From positions 88,485 through 152,484 of the IMG/VR virus record IMGVR_UViG_3300028886_000031: a stretch of DNA of 64,000 nt. The stretch is one strand, 5' to 3'. Every line of letters starts with the position of its first letter. Position 1 is the first letter of the stretch. Positions 30,801-39,963 of the stretch are shown here, in pieces. Below the pieces are notes generated by a model, which did no database searches, was not told the DNA's origin, and worked only from the letters and a program-made list of their open reading frames with translations. Origin of the DNA: a virus (taxonomy: Duplodnaviria; Heunggongvirae; Uroviricota; Caudoviricetes). Both the position numbers and the translations under genes were made by a program.

Positions 30801-32208
30801 ATTGAAGATTTGAATTAATTGCATATCCATAGCTATTTACATTATAAATTCCAGGTGAATTGGAGAGACAAACAAGAGCATCGGAATGATTGCTGGCTAT
30901 TTGTTGATTAGAAGTTGGATCTATAGTTAGACTTATTGGTCTAAGTTTTGATGTAATAACTTTAGAAAATCCTACATCAGAGGACTTTGGTATATAGCTC
31001 ATCGTGCCAGCGCAAGGGAGTGCCCTTATGTTAACTTCCGACGTTGGAACATTCAATTTAAAAGGTCTAATAGAGTCATATCCTGTAAGTTCTATATATT
31101 TTAATCCAGAACCAGAAGAATTAGAATCACCATAATAGAGTCTATTATTGAAAATAAATCCAGCTGTACCATATGATTGTTTATAACAAGACCAATCTTC
31201 ACCATTTGTAGATGTTGCAACTCCAAGAGGATATTGGTTCCCTGATCCAATTAGACAATATAATATATTGTTGTTAGACATACAATAAGATGTCCATGTA
31301 GCCGATTGATTATTAGAATTGAAATAACTAATGTCAAAGCTAGTAGATTTAGTCCAAGTTATTCCATCTGCTGAATAGAATATACCAGCAAAACCAATAA
31401 ATAAAAATTTATTTTTTAAATATTGTATTTTAAATGTCGTAGACATCAAAACACCACCAGATATATCTTCAATATTACATTGTGTCCAAGTGCTTAAATT
31501 ACTTGAATAATATAATTTTCTACCAGTTCCTAAAGAATAATTCATTAATACATACTTATTATCACCATAACATATATTGTAATTATAATTGGATAGACTA
31601 TATTCGTTCCAATTTGTAAGATTATTCGACCATATTATTTTATCCTTCATGGATACAATGATATTATCTTCATCCGATGTTATATCATATATATAATTAA
31701 AAGTATAAGAGGAATCATCTTTTGTCCAGCTAGTTCCATTATCCGAGTAATAATAGTATGTTGATTTTGTATTATTAAGTATAGCAAAATATTTATTTAG
31801 ATTCTGGACATATATTATTTTTTTAATTGTTGTAGCATTACTATCACTAAATGTTGCTCGATTCCAGTTTGTTGTATTTGTAGAATAATATAAGCCATTA
31901 GAAGTAGACACGAATATTATATCATTTATAATAGTGGCATAATATATGGGCCAATTAGACACGACATCTACAGAATTTCCAGATGTTAATGTTGGAATTA
32001 TATATGCTGTAGAATCTGAAGATAAATCATTTTTAGTTATAGTTAAATTTTTTATATCTTCTGGATTAGCTGAATTAATACTGCTAATGGTTTCTGGAAG
32101 GTTAGCAGTTATTTTATTTTGTGGAATTGTAGCATTTTTTGACTCACATGCAGCATAGGCAGCTTCAATTCTATCTTTTAAATTATTTATAGCACTAGCG
32201 ATACTCAT
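27808..32208 (-). CDS. Tail fibre / receptor-binding protein with Asp-box beta-propellers, DUF6273-like domain and ES-x-x repeats
   Basis: SxDxGxTW repeats; IQPENIKKDVTILGVTGTLE fibre motif; DKIFIPSVSELFG...TRT...SRPAFRF. Confidence 0.8.
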   Translation of the reverse strand: MSIASAINNLKDRIEAAYAACESKNATIPQNKITANLPETISSINSANPEDIKNLTITKNDLSSDSTAYIIPTLTSGNSVDVVSNWPIYYATIINDIIFVSTSNGLYYSTNTTNWNRATFSDSNATTIKKIIYVQNLNKYFAILNNTKSTYYYYSDNGTSWTKDDSSYTFNYIYDITSDEDNIIVSMKDKIIWSNNLTNWNEYSLSNYNYNICYGDNKYVLMNYSLGTGRKLYYSSNLSTWTQCNIEDISGGVLMSTTFKIQYLKNKFLFIGFAGIFYSADGITWTKSTSFDISYFNSNNQSATWTSYCMSNNNILYCLIGSGNQYPLGVATSTNGEDWSCYKQSYGTAGFIFNNRLYYGDSNSSGSGLKYIELTGYDSIRPFKLNVPTSEVNIRALPCAGTMSYIPKSSDVGFSKVITSKLRPISLTIDPTSNQQIASNHSDALVCLSNSPGIYNVNSYGYAINSNLQFTTDINFHSITKQGDKIFAASNNGIYYSNDNGITWNLYNDLQCSIIALSIITSTMYTYLLAARSDGIYYSYNNNFTKVSSVLATSLIPIEKQNSGDSNVNFLIGTNGSGIYYAKSNGSSINQSNITSGVVKAIHSAENGIAVAGIGSNGIYRSTDYGITWEQTSQITGEFTSFCSGYGWIFAGSGNGNGIYKSTNDGLTWTKVSGTSGSFPHMFTMWDNYNGMYVNVMVTSDGKIRTYRPGNSISNAENNILGQTCCYCNGVNQSFLHRVIVNPVTSSVDSNIQPENIKKDVTILGVTGTLEASNPYIIRVAELPGYQVSVTYNNQIILTDTTSELQCDLEFQLPSLGTYTITATNNVITWSKIVQITDKGVVRVKGRNLSSTSAKDIYDSCCYGISSKMFSLRDVWTFTEDPNSLYYNEKFFITEFFDNGNGTESVQFWACDDKKSPLLTFMKSQYIILSNGSQQEILKHNGYKYSHLRLDFLEKDSKIFTTISGLKFSDNGTIGGILASNELKYHNNKNCDLYSYNSSSDSFTKLNNYQYNSGEPLYIEGYITPVTITETEFYNGTYYTKGYADGNNWNGNVYNTARTYNSSVQYYGIFETLQEDGSYFKEFRYLINNRYLVNCTLYQRNDRNSHYDGNIIDDKIFIPSVSELFGLKYTYTGIGNVNRTKKYFGDSVIFYNKMWTGIEYPDCFTDRTCFTRTLSNVQNSSQVILLSNGGNLMETPSPTYCYYSRPAFRFGPNYIESESESYPESWNESWSESESYPESGYESWSESESYPESGYESGKESIPESWNESYPESEYEIESIPESWNESESYPESWNESESMESWSESESYPDVESESEYEKIYVSNYSQQYVTMSIKTYAKDYPLYPYDNLYINSDKIYYSNLNFVSSSSIIINFIDKYGNSITRIKGTNNLVYMDWNLLETRYIEIYDDDTESESWNESESYPESEYESWNESWKESIPESWNESYPESEYEIESIPESWNESEDL
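27823..27975 (-). repeat. ES-x-x repeat block 2; includes 69 bp identical to block 1
   Basis: 27823-27891 is identical to 28351-28419. Confidence 0.9.
28253..28563 (-). repeat. ES-x-x repeat block 1 (mostly 12-nt units)
   Basis: ESYP/ESWN/ESWS/ESES/ESGY/ESIP units over about 100 aa. Confidence 0.9.
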
Positions 32209-32210
32209 AT

Positions 32211-32552
32211 TTAGATTCCATTTATAATTGTTTCTAGATCACCAAGAGTATCTTCAAACTCTTGTCTTGTTACATAATCATTTAAATCTGATGTTAAAGA
32301 AATTGTTCCATTTTTAGATGGAAGGTTATATGTATAGGTTCCATTTGATATCTTGGATACAATCGCATCATTTAACTTTACAAATGGAGTATTGGCATAA
32401 GTCGAACCATTACCAATTTTAAACCCAATAGTCCCATCAGAATATCTAACAACAATTAACTCTTTATTGGCAATTATTGTGTTAGGATGTGTATTCCAGT
32501 TGTTTTCTGTATCTGTCCTAAGTTTAATTTGGACTTTGATTTGTTGTGCCAT
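32211..32552 (-). CDS. Small tail-fibre-associated protein (Mtd N-terminal-like domain)
   Basis: QIKLRTDTENNW...KIGNG..Y..TPF. Confidence 0.7.
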   Translation of the reverse strand: MAQQIKVQIKLRTDTENNWNTHPNTIIANKELIVVRYSDGTIGFKIGNGSTYANTPFVKLNDAIVSKISNGTYTYNLPSKNGTISLTSDLNDYVTRQEFEDTLGDLETIINGI

Positions 32553-32587
32553 AAAATATCTAAACCTCTCTATTTATAAAAAATAAC

Positions 32588-32695
32588 TAATTACTCTGGT
32601 TAGCATAGATATATTTCACTCTATGCTAACTCAGAATAATTAATAGATTATATCTTTCACTGTATTTAAATTTAATTTAAAACAGTGAAAGATAT
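32588..32695 (-). terminator. Two adjacent long hairpins between fibre genes
   Basis: Arms 32588-32609/32620-32642 (one bulge, one mismatch) and 32650-32663/32682-32695 (perfect 14 bp). Confidence 0.6.
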
Positions 32696-32701
32696 TTCTT
32701 T

Positions 32702-35212
32702 TTAACTAACAGAAACTTGTTCTGTAGCTGATCCACCATCAAGAATCAATTCACTAATGTCAATTGTAACACTCTTATTGGAATCTGGAATAATGGTAGC
32801 AATATCTGATGTATTATACTTAACATTAATTTCTTCTATGACATTAACGTCCGCTCCAGCTTCAATTCCATTAAGTTTTGCCAATGCTGTATCCAAACCG
32901 CTAATCTTGCTTGTAGCAATTGCTGCGTTAGATGCGATATCGTTGTTATCGATTGTACTTTTTCCAGCAAGTGATCCAAGAGTTGGCTTGTTTAGAATAT
33001 AGGAATCTTTTGAATTATCCGTCTCATTCCAATCAGATTGAACGTTAACTTCAGCGTTATTTGCAATTCCATTAAGTTTCGTTAATGCTGCATCCAAACC
33101 GCTAATCTTGCTTGTAGCAATTGCTGCGTTGGAAGCAACATCAGAATCTGTAATGGAACTCTTTCCAGCAAGTGTTCCAAGAGTTGGCTTGTTCTTGATA
33201 AATGCGTCTGATGTGTTGCTTGTCTCATTCCAGTCAGATTGAACGTTAACTTCAGCACCATCAGCAACATTTAACGCAGACAACGCAGCAGATTTTGTAA
33301 TAGATGCAGTTTTTGTAGTGCTATCTATTGTCATTGCTGTTCCAGCAAATGTAATAGAGTTAATTACATTACTTCCAGAACCAACTTTGACCCATTTATT
33401 AGTGCTACCCATCCAGCGGTATTCTACGTTGTTGTAAACGCATACATCACCAATTGCTGCCGTCTTTGTCTCACCAGAAATTGTAATCTGCTCAGAAGCG
33501 TCAGAAGCTGTTACATTCGTGTTTGTTGTTCCAAGAAATGCCTGTTTAGAAGCAGCTAAATCAATAGCATAGTCTGCTACGCCTTTTGCTTCTGCAATAG
33601 AGCCAGTACCGCTGCCAGTTATCTTCGCAAGTTCTGCCTTAGAGATTAAACCAAGATCCGTATCTTCTGTACCATCGCTTGCGTGTGCTAAACGTGAGTC
33701 ACCAGTAACAACAACTTCAGAAGCTGTAATATTGCTGTTTGTTAAATTTCCGTTTGAATCTAATGCTGCAAGTTTTCCATTTGTACTTCCGCCAGTAACT
33801 TTATCAGCTTTATCAGAAACATCTGTAATAATGGAGTTCTTGGAAATTCCAGAATCCGCTAGATTGCCATTAGCATCAAGTGTAGCAACATTTCCGGCAG
33901 CAGTAGGAACCTTCTTATCAGCTTTACTGGATAGACTTGTTCCAAGAAGAGTTTCAATATCTGAACCAGTTGCTGCTGTAGCAGAAGCAATATGACCTTC
34001 AGATGTTGTGGTAATCTTATAGATTGCTGCAGTTGTCTTAGCTGTTGTTAATCTACTAGAGTCTGTAGCATGATCATATGCCGTCTTACCTCTATCACCT
34101 CTATAAGCCGTACTAGATGTTTCACCAAGAGCTAATGTTTCTGATATCACAACAAGACCAGAATCTCCAGATCCACCGTATCTATATGTCTTATTATCAG
34201 TCAAATCAACGTAGATCTTTCCAGATTCTGGATTAGTAGCAACCCAAGATGTTCCATTATATGTTACAATCTTATTCTTATTTGATGCTGCACTATTTGG
34301 CGAATAGTAAGCCATATCCTTGACTGGAGATGCTGGAACTGTACCAGTAATGTTCTGGAGTTCTATAACATCGTCTACATAAGCTGGAAGAAGTGCAGCT
34401 GGAATTGTTGGATTAGTTGTGCCAGCAACAAGTTTATCAATAGAAACGTTTGGAAGATCGTCACCAGTTAAAGCTCTTCTTGAAACTGTTATCTTACCAT
34501 CTGTTTCAGAGACAGCTGTTACAAATTGTTTTGAAACAGCAGTATCTGTTACATCTAAGCCGGCAATCTGTTCATCTGTGTAAGCCTTAGCTTCTTGTAG
34601 AACCTGTTCACCAACTTCACTAGCATTTTCAAGTGAAACAAGTTTACCATTAGATTTTGTAAGAGTAATGGTATCTGGACTAAAATAACCATCGCCATAA
34701 CTTGCACCACTACTACTTGTTCCATTATAAAGGACTTGATTAATATTGTCAATATCTGTAACAAGTTCATATCCATTAGGAATATCCTTAACAAGTGCAT
34801 AGCACAATCTTGTGTCTTCTGAACATAGAGAATAATAGTTATTGTTATTGTACTCTATATTGTCTACTCCGACAATATAAGGATTTGTTGTACTTATTAT
34901 AAGTTTCTTATCAAAATCAACTTTTACTATAGTCGATTCTGAGTCTATGAATGTTGTTTCTATTATATAAGAATCATCTTTCTGAATCTTATAAATGGTA
35001 GGTACTCCATTTATCGTAACAGAAACAACCTGACCAAAATAGTTCTTTGCTTCAGTACTAGATGTATCACCAGCTTCTACAGCAACTGCTGCAGCCATAA
35101 GTGCTTCATTGTAATTTTCAAAGTAAGCATTAATATCTACTGGTGCAGGGAATGCCATTGCAGCAGCAACGTTAGACTGCACAGATGGAATTGCGTTTTT
35201 ATAAGTAGCCAT
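32702..35212 (-). CDS. Tail fibre protein
   Basis: LPAYVDDVIE, LALGETSSTAYRGDRGKTAYDHA, KADK..GNxAxLDxNGNL and VNVQSDWNET..IKNKP fibre motifs. Confidence 0.8.
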   Translation of the reverse strand: MATYKNAIPSVQSNVAAAMAFPAPVDINAYFENYNEALMAAAVAVEAGDTSSTEAKNYFGQVVSVTINGVPTIYKIQKDDSYIIETTFIDSESTIVKVDFDKKLIISTTNPYIVGVDNIEYNNNNYYSLCSEDTRLCYALVKDIPNGYELVTDIDNINQVLYNGTSSSGASYGDGYFSPDTITLTKSNGKLVSLENASEVGEQVLQEAKAYTDEQIAGLDVTDTAVSKQFVTAVSETDGKITVSRRALTGDDLPNVSIDKLVAGTTNPTIPAALLPAYVDDVIELQNITGTVPASPVKDMAYYSPNSAASNKNKIVTYNGTSWVATNPESGKIYVDLTDNKTYRYGGSGDSGLVVISETLALGETSSTAYRGDRGKTAYDHATDSSRLTTAKTTAAIYKITTTSEGHIASATAATGSDIETLLGTSLSSKADKKVPTAAGNVATLDANGNLADSGISKNSIITDVSDKADKVTGGSTNGKLAALDSNGNLTNSNITASEVVVTGDSRLAHASDGTEDTDLGLISKAELAKITGSGTGSIAEAKGVADYAIDLAASKQAFLGTTNTNVTASDASEQITISGETKTAAIGDVCVYNNVEYRWMGSTNKWVKVGSGSNVINSITFAGTAMTIDSTTKTASITKSAALSALNVADGAEVNVQSDWNETSNTSDAFIKNKPTLGTLAGKSSITDSDVASNAAIATSKISGLDAALTKLNGIANNAEVNVQSDWNETDNSKDSYILNKPTLGSLAGKSTIDNNDIASNAAIATSKISGLDTALAKLNGIEAGADVNVIEEINVKYNTSDIATIIPDSNKSVTIDISELILDGGSATEQVSVS
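32864..33256 (-). repeat. Internal 201-bp (67-aa) tandem duplication in tail fibre
   Basis: AEVNVQSDWNET...SNAAIATSKISGLD.AL.KLNGI twice, offset 201 nt. Confidence 0.85.
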
Positions 35213-35235
35213 GTTTTATATCCTTTTCCTTAAAA

Positions 35236-36795
35236 TTAAGCTGTAATTGAATATGTATCTACCACAAGACCAGCAGGTCTATTCATTACATAAACAGAAT
35301 ATGTAATTGGATTTGCACCACTAGCATCCTTAACAGATACATCTTGCTTTACAAACGCCTCTGTAATGTTCTTGTTAGAATCATTTGAATCTTTGATGGA
35401 TGCAAGATTTGTCTTAGTACATGTAGCATAAGTTCCTGTGGCACCAGTTGGTTTAGACTTTGGAATTGCTATAACAACAGCTTTCGTACCATTAGCAATT
35501 GTTAAGTTTGTATTGCTAAGAGCACTAAATGTCTTATTTTGAAGACCTCTAATAAGTGCACTATCTATTGTTGGATTAGCTGTCGTTGTATATCCATAGA
35601 AAGTATATCTTCCGCCAGTTACTGTACTTGAATTCTTTCCTGTAATGCTTCCACTACTTCTCTGAACAACTGGGTTGGAATTTGTATTTTTGTTTGTCTT
35701 TGCTATAGAACCAGCGCTATAATTTACAGCAGCCGTGACTTTATAACTTGTAGTATCAGTTACTGTAAATTGAGCAAATGACTCTGATTTTGCCGTTTTT
35801 GTTGCACCAGCAGTATCTGTTACAGTATATGATGTTACAGATGTACCATCGTTTACACTAGAGTTATTCCATGGAGTATTGTACTTTCCTTGAGTATAGT
35901 TAACAGTATAACTTGGAGTGAATGAAGATCCAGCTTCCTTAACTCCAGCTCCAGTCAATGTAACAGACATAGCTGGTGGTGTTCCCATAGTTGGTTGAAC
36001 TGTTTGGTCAAGAATATCACCAAGAACCTGTTTTAAATTCTTTCCAGCAGCGTTATATGTTCCATCTGAAAGCTTTATGTTTCCAACGTTTGTATAGGAT
36101 CCAGCTAGATCGAAGTTAGAATCGAAATATACATTCTCAGCATTGTAATTTCCATCCATAGCTGCCCAAGTGATTCCACTTTGAGTTACTTTAGCTGTAA
36201 ATGCTATGTACTCATATAACTCAGTTGAGTTAATAGCTGTTTTAATAACAAATGTGGATCCAGTTTTTACGGTAGCAACTTCAGTTGGGTGATCTGTAAA
36301 ATATCTATTAATTGCTTGCTGATCACTTTCACCAGTTTGTCTTGTTGTTTCGAAATAACTTGTTGTAGCATTAGAAACGGCTTCATCTACATAATCCTTT
36401 GTTGTAACTGGATTTGTACTGCTTAATTGTCCTGTTAATGGGATAGTAATAGAGTTAACTATAGTCCAATCTGTCTCATTTGGAAGTTTTCTTTCTAGAA
36501 TGATCTTTTGACCACTTGCTTCAGAATCCCATTCAGTGTTTAACTGATACTCATAAAGAGAATTTTCAAGACCTCTAACATTAGCGACTGGAATTGTTAA
36601 ATCTTCACTTAACTCACTCCAATAGTTTCCACTATCAGATACACCGATTTTAACGATGTATTTATTATTAGTTGAATCTAAGCCAAGAGCTGCTTCACCT
36701 TTATAAATCTTAACTTTAGTAGCGTTTGCTGCACTATTCCAGTTTGTGAGGGTATCTGTTCTTAGCTTAATTCTAGTTTTAATGGTATTTGCCAT
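35236..36795 (-). CDS. Tail fibre / virion surface protein with Mtd-N-like N-terminus
   Basis: RIKLRTDTLTNW..KGE..KIG N-terminus; Thr/Ser-rich beta-type C-terminal half; AAAGGA RBS. Confidence 0.7.
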   Translation of the reverse strand: MANTIKTRIKLRTDTLTNWNSAANATKVKIYKGEAALGLDSTNNKYIVKIGVSDSGNYWSELSEDLTIPVANVRGLENSLYEYQLNTEWDSEASGQKIILERKLPNETDWTIVNSITIPLTGQLSSTNPVTTKDYVDEAVSNATTSYFETTRQTGESDQQAINRYFTDHPTEVATVKTGSTFVIKTAINSTELYEYIAFTAKVTQSGITWAAMDGNYNAENVYFDSNFDLAGSYTNVGNIKLSDGTYNAAGKNLKQVLGDILDQTVQPTMGTPPAMSVTLTGAGVKEAGSSFTPSYTVNYTQGKYNTPWNNSSVNDGTSVTSYTVTDTAGATKTAKSESFAQFTVTDTTSYKVTAAVNYSAGSIAKTNKNTNSNPVVQRSSGSITGKNSSTVTGGRYTFYGYTTTANPTIDSALIRGLQNKTFSALSNTNLTIANGTKAVVIAIPKSKPTGATGTYATCTKTNLASIKDSNDSNKNITEAFVKQDVSVKDASGANPITYSVYVMNRPAGLVVDTYSITA

Positions 36796-36839
36796 ATTCG
36801 TATATCCTTTTTTTATTAAGAACGTTTAAATTTGTTAAT

Positions 36840-37421
36840 TTATAATACTTGAGTGGATGTTCCACCTTCTATTCCTTTGTTTTCAAGTACGGTTTCGACA
36901 TCCAGTTGTTGTTGCAATTCAGTTATATCATTTTTAATATTAGTTATTTCTGTATTATGTATCTCGATATTGTTGTTTAATTGCTCAATGCTGTTGCTAT
37001 GGTCTGCTACTGTCATTTTAAGTTTCTGTATCTCTTCAGATCCGCCACCAGTAGCATCGTCTAAAATTTCCTTTAAGTTTTTATCACCTATGTAAAATCC
37101 TTCTATACCATTAACTGGATTAATACTATACGTTCCTGGATCATTTCCTTTGTATGCTGGAGGAACTTTTTTATCATGACTCCATACGTATGTGTTTAGA
37201 TCTTCTTTTATTTTAAACCAATTACAGTCATGGTTTCTATTGATTATAGATGGACAACTTCTATACCTACGTGGATCATGTTTAGGTAGTCTTGGATCTA
37301 TATTTTGAATACATGTACAAACCGTATGAACATCGGTTCCTGTATTTTTATCCGGAGGATACTTAAATTTTGGATCATTCCTATAGAAGTAACAGAATTT
37401 ACAAAAGATGTTTCGTTTCAT
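36840..37421 (-). CDS. Hypothetical virion-cluster protein (Cys-rich N-terminus, C-terminal coiled coil)
   Basis: CKFC..CTC..C..C; heptad stretch LKMTVADH...LQQQL. Confidence 0.7.
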   Translation of the reverse strand: MKRNIFCKFCYFYRNDPKFKYPPDKNTGTDVHTVCTCIQNIDPRLPKHDPRRYRSCPSIINRNHDCNWFKIKEDLNTYVWSHDKKVPPAYKGNDPGTYSINPVNGIEGFYIGDKNLKEILDDATGGGSEEIQKLKMTVADHSNSIEQLNNNIEIHNTEITNIKNDITELQQQLDVETVLENKGIEGGTSTQVL

Positions 37422-37438
37422 AGTTATTTTAAATTTAT

Positions 37439-38641
37439 TTAAAATTCATCAATTTCTGTTATGCCGGAGATTGGTGTCTGGGTGACTGTGTAATTGTACA
37501 TAAATTGATATTTTTGATCTGGATTAATTTCTACATTGTTAAAAATAACAATTCTAATTTTCTTCTTGGATTCCTTATGAATATTTTCTATTTTGTAATC
37601 CTGCCCATGTTTTAAAATTCTTCCATCTAAAATAAATTCGAAGTTGTTATAAGTTTCAGGATTCTTATCAATATCCGTTAGAAAAATACATCTATTATTA
37701 ACATCATCTTCAGTCATTCTACCTTTCTGAAGATATGTATTGTTTCTCATTGAATATGGTACGTAAGATCTTTTATCTACTTTAATCATATCTCTTACAT
37801 TTTCCCATAAGCATAGATTATGTTTCTGGATATATTCATAGATTCTATCTTGCATGTGTTTTTCAACAAGACATCTAAAATATCCATCAGATGGTTCCGT
37901 GATTGTTTTTAGATACTCGAATTTAACGAAATTAAACATATAGCACATAAGATAGTTGTATACCCATATAGATAATGGAGATTGTAATGTATAATAATAG
38001 TTCTCATCAAAAGGCTCTATTAATTCATATTGTCCAGTTCTGTAATAATATAGATATTCACATAATCCAAGCTCCTCCTCTGTTAACCCAAAAACGTTCT
38101 CATCTTCAGCGTAAATAATAATTTCTGGATCATCTTGTGATTCTGGATCGAAAGGTGGATCGTCATAATGTAATTGGTCTGTTCCGGATGCTACTATATG
38201 GGAATTATAATTCAAATATTTTGTTGGTTTAATTCCATAAGGATAATCCATATCTGGATCACCGTCTTTTAGATCTAAAGTTGAATTATTCAAATTCATT
38301 ATATCTTTAAATTTTTCATCGTCTTTAGCCGCATATACCCAAGATGAATTATAATAGACTTGTACACGTCTAAACATCATTGGTTCGTATATATAAAGTT
38401 TTCCAATGTTAACTGTTCTGTATTTCCATATAAAATGATATCCATCGTCATATGTATTTCCGGATGGATCTGCTGTTTCATTAAACAGAAGTTCTACCAC
38501 AGAATCTCTGGATCTCCAAAAATCAGATATTTTTGTTGGACAAGATATATATGAATTATTGAATGAATTATTATATAAAGTTCTATTTGTCCAGAAATTA
38601 ACCTCTGGTACAATCTTATGTAGATAATTAAATTCAGCCAT
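37439..38641 (-). CDS. Hypothetical protein, probably structural
   Basis: 400-aa ORF in late cluster; FILDGRIL..GQDYKI beta-sandwich-like end. Confidence 0.7.
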   Translation of the reverse strand: MAEFNYLHKIVPEVNFWTNRTLYNNSFNNSYISCPTKISDFWRSRDSVVELLFNETADPSGNTYDDGYHFIWKYRTVNIGKLYIYEPMMFRRVQVYYNSSWVYAAKDDEKFKDIMNLNNSTLDLKDGDPDMDYPYGIKPTKYLNYNSHIVASGTDQLHYDDPPFDPESQDDPEIIIYAEDENVFGLTEEELGLCEYLYYYRTGQYELIEPFDENYYYTLQSPLSIWVYNYLMCYMFNFVKFEYLKTITEPSDGYFRCLVEKHMQDRIYEYIQKHNLCLWENVRDMIKVDKRSYVPYSMRNNTYLQKGRMTEDDVNNRCIFLTDIDKNPETYNNFEFILDGRILKHGQDYKIENIHKESKKKIRIVIFNNVEINPDQKYQFMYNYTVTQTPISGITEIDEF

Positions 38642-38651
38642 ATATAATTTA

Positions 38652-38840
38652 TTAATGTATTGATTTTTTGAGAGGAGATTCTATTTTAAAGTATCTATGT
38701 TTTTTCTTGTTCTTTTTCTTTTTTGTTTTATCACCCATGTAAACATCTTGAAAGGTTCCAGAATTTGTAGCTAGAGATTCGTAAGATGATAAACCTGCAG
38801 AACACATACAATTCTCATTGATAAAGGAATATAATTTCAT
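38652..38840 (-). CDS. Small protein with basic C-terminus (MKLYSFINE...KKKKNKKKHR)
   Basis: Start chosen at MKLYSF; the track's longer start overlaps the divergent promoter motif. Confidence 0.5.
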   Translation of the reverse strand: MKLYSFINENCMCSAGLSSYESLATNSGTFQDVYMGDKTKKKKNKKKHRYFKIESPLKKSIH

Positions 38841-38893
38841 AATCTTTTTTAATTTTATTTGATTTTTCTTTAAATGTTCTAAAATAATCTCGA

Positions 38894-38910
38894 TTTTTCT
38901 ATATATATAC
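38894..38910 (+). promoter_or_regulatory. Candidate early-class phage promoter TTTTTC(C)TATATATAT
   Basis: Same motif precedes both + strand islands (also 41776-41795). Confidence 0.45.
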
Positions 38911-38977
38911 ATTTTTAGATAAGTCGTTATCAGTCGAAGCGGTTTCGGCTAGCGATTTATTAAAAAGGAAACAAACA

Positions 38978-39892
38978 ATGAAAACAAAAGATCCATTACG
39001 TGATTCTCTGACTGCTGAAGAGAGACAACTCGTTCTCACCCTGGCAAAGGAGAGTCCCTTAATGTCTAGGGCAAGAGCTCTGGACAAAATCAATTCCGAA
39101 CGGACACGTCTCGGTATTGTTAGAATCTCCAAAGGCGGGTGGAATGCCGAGATGAGAGCAGGGGGTCTCGGTAAAGGCTGTCTCAAGGGATATTATATTC
39201 CTAAGATCAAGGAAGTAGTTGTAAAAGTCAGCGAGCAGATTACCCCTGCACCAGCAATGTTTGAAGATGAAAAATATGAATTGACGGAGAACACTAAGCT
39301 GGCATTGAAGTGGCTCTGTGCTGGAGCAACATGGCGTCAGATGAGGAAGCTAACTCAATTCAGTTGGGACACAATAGAGACAGTTAAAACTGAATTGCTG
39401 GTTATGGGTATCATAGACCAAATAAATGGTCGCTGGCACTTTATCTGGACTTCGGACGAAATCAATTATCGTTTTCCGGAGTGTGCAGGAAACGACATAA
39501 CATATACTGAAGTAATGAAACTTCAGCAGGAGGAACAAAAGGCTGACTTCTTGAAGAAGATGGAAGCAAAAGGGTACGTGTGGGTTTTCTCAAAATGGAT
39601 GAAGAGAACGAAAGCTGAAAAGCTTCTGAAGAAGCTTCAGAAAATTGAAGCAGAACAGAAAAAGGAAGAAGCTCTTCGTATTAGATACAGCGAAGAGAAC
39701 CGTGATAAGGAGATTCTCCTCCGAATCGTGGACGACTGCCGTGGGGAAATCTCATGGTCAATCGTTGTACGTAGGCATGGATGGACGTACCTCCAGGGTG
39801 AGAAATTCCGTGAATTGGCTCTGAAAGAGGGTCTAATTCAAAAAGTCGTGCCAGACAACAGATACGATGACAGATATATAGTGGTATCCTAA
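38978..39892 (+). CDS. Hypothetical protein, possibly with two winged-HTH-like domains; GC-richer than flanks
   Basis: 304-aa ORF, AAGGA RBS, own terminator; two similar segments ending LLVMGII and ALKEGLI separated by a charged helix. Confidence 0.75.
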   Translation: MKTKDPLRDSLTAEERQLVLTLAKESPLMSRARALDKINSERTRLGIVRISKGGWNAEMRAGGLGKGCLKGYYIPKIKEVVVKVSEQITPAPAMFEDEKYELTENTKLALKWLCAGATWRQMRKLTQFSWDTIETVKTELLVMGIIDQINGRWHFIWTSDEINYRFPECAGNDITYTEVMKLQQEEQKADFLKKMEAKGYVWVFSKWMKRTKAEKLLKKLQKIEAEQKKEEALRIRYSEENRDKEILLRIVDDCRGEISWSIVVRRHGWTYLQGEKFRELALKEGLIQKVVPDNRYDDRYIVVS

Positions 39893-39911
39893 AGCCACAA
39901 CAATGTCGTCC

Positions 39912-39963
39912 AAAACAAAGCTCACTGCTTAGCATACCAGCTAGGAAGAGTGAGCTTTGTTTT
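39912..39963. terminator. Bidirectional terminator between convergent genes
   Basis: aaaacaaagctcact / agtgagctttgtttt perfect 15-bp stem. Confidence 0.8.
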
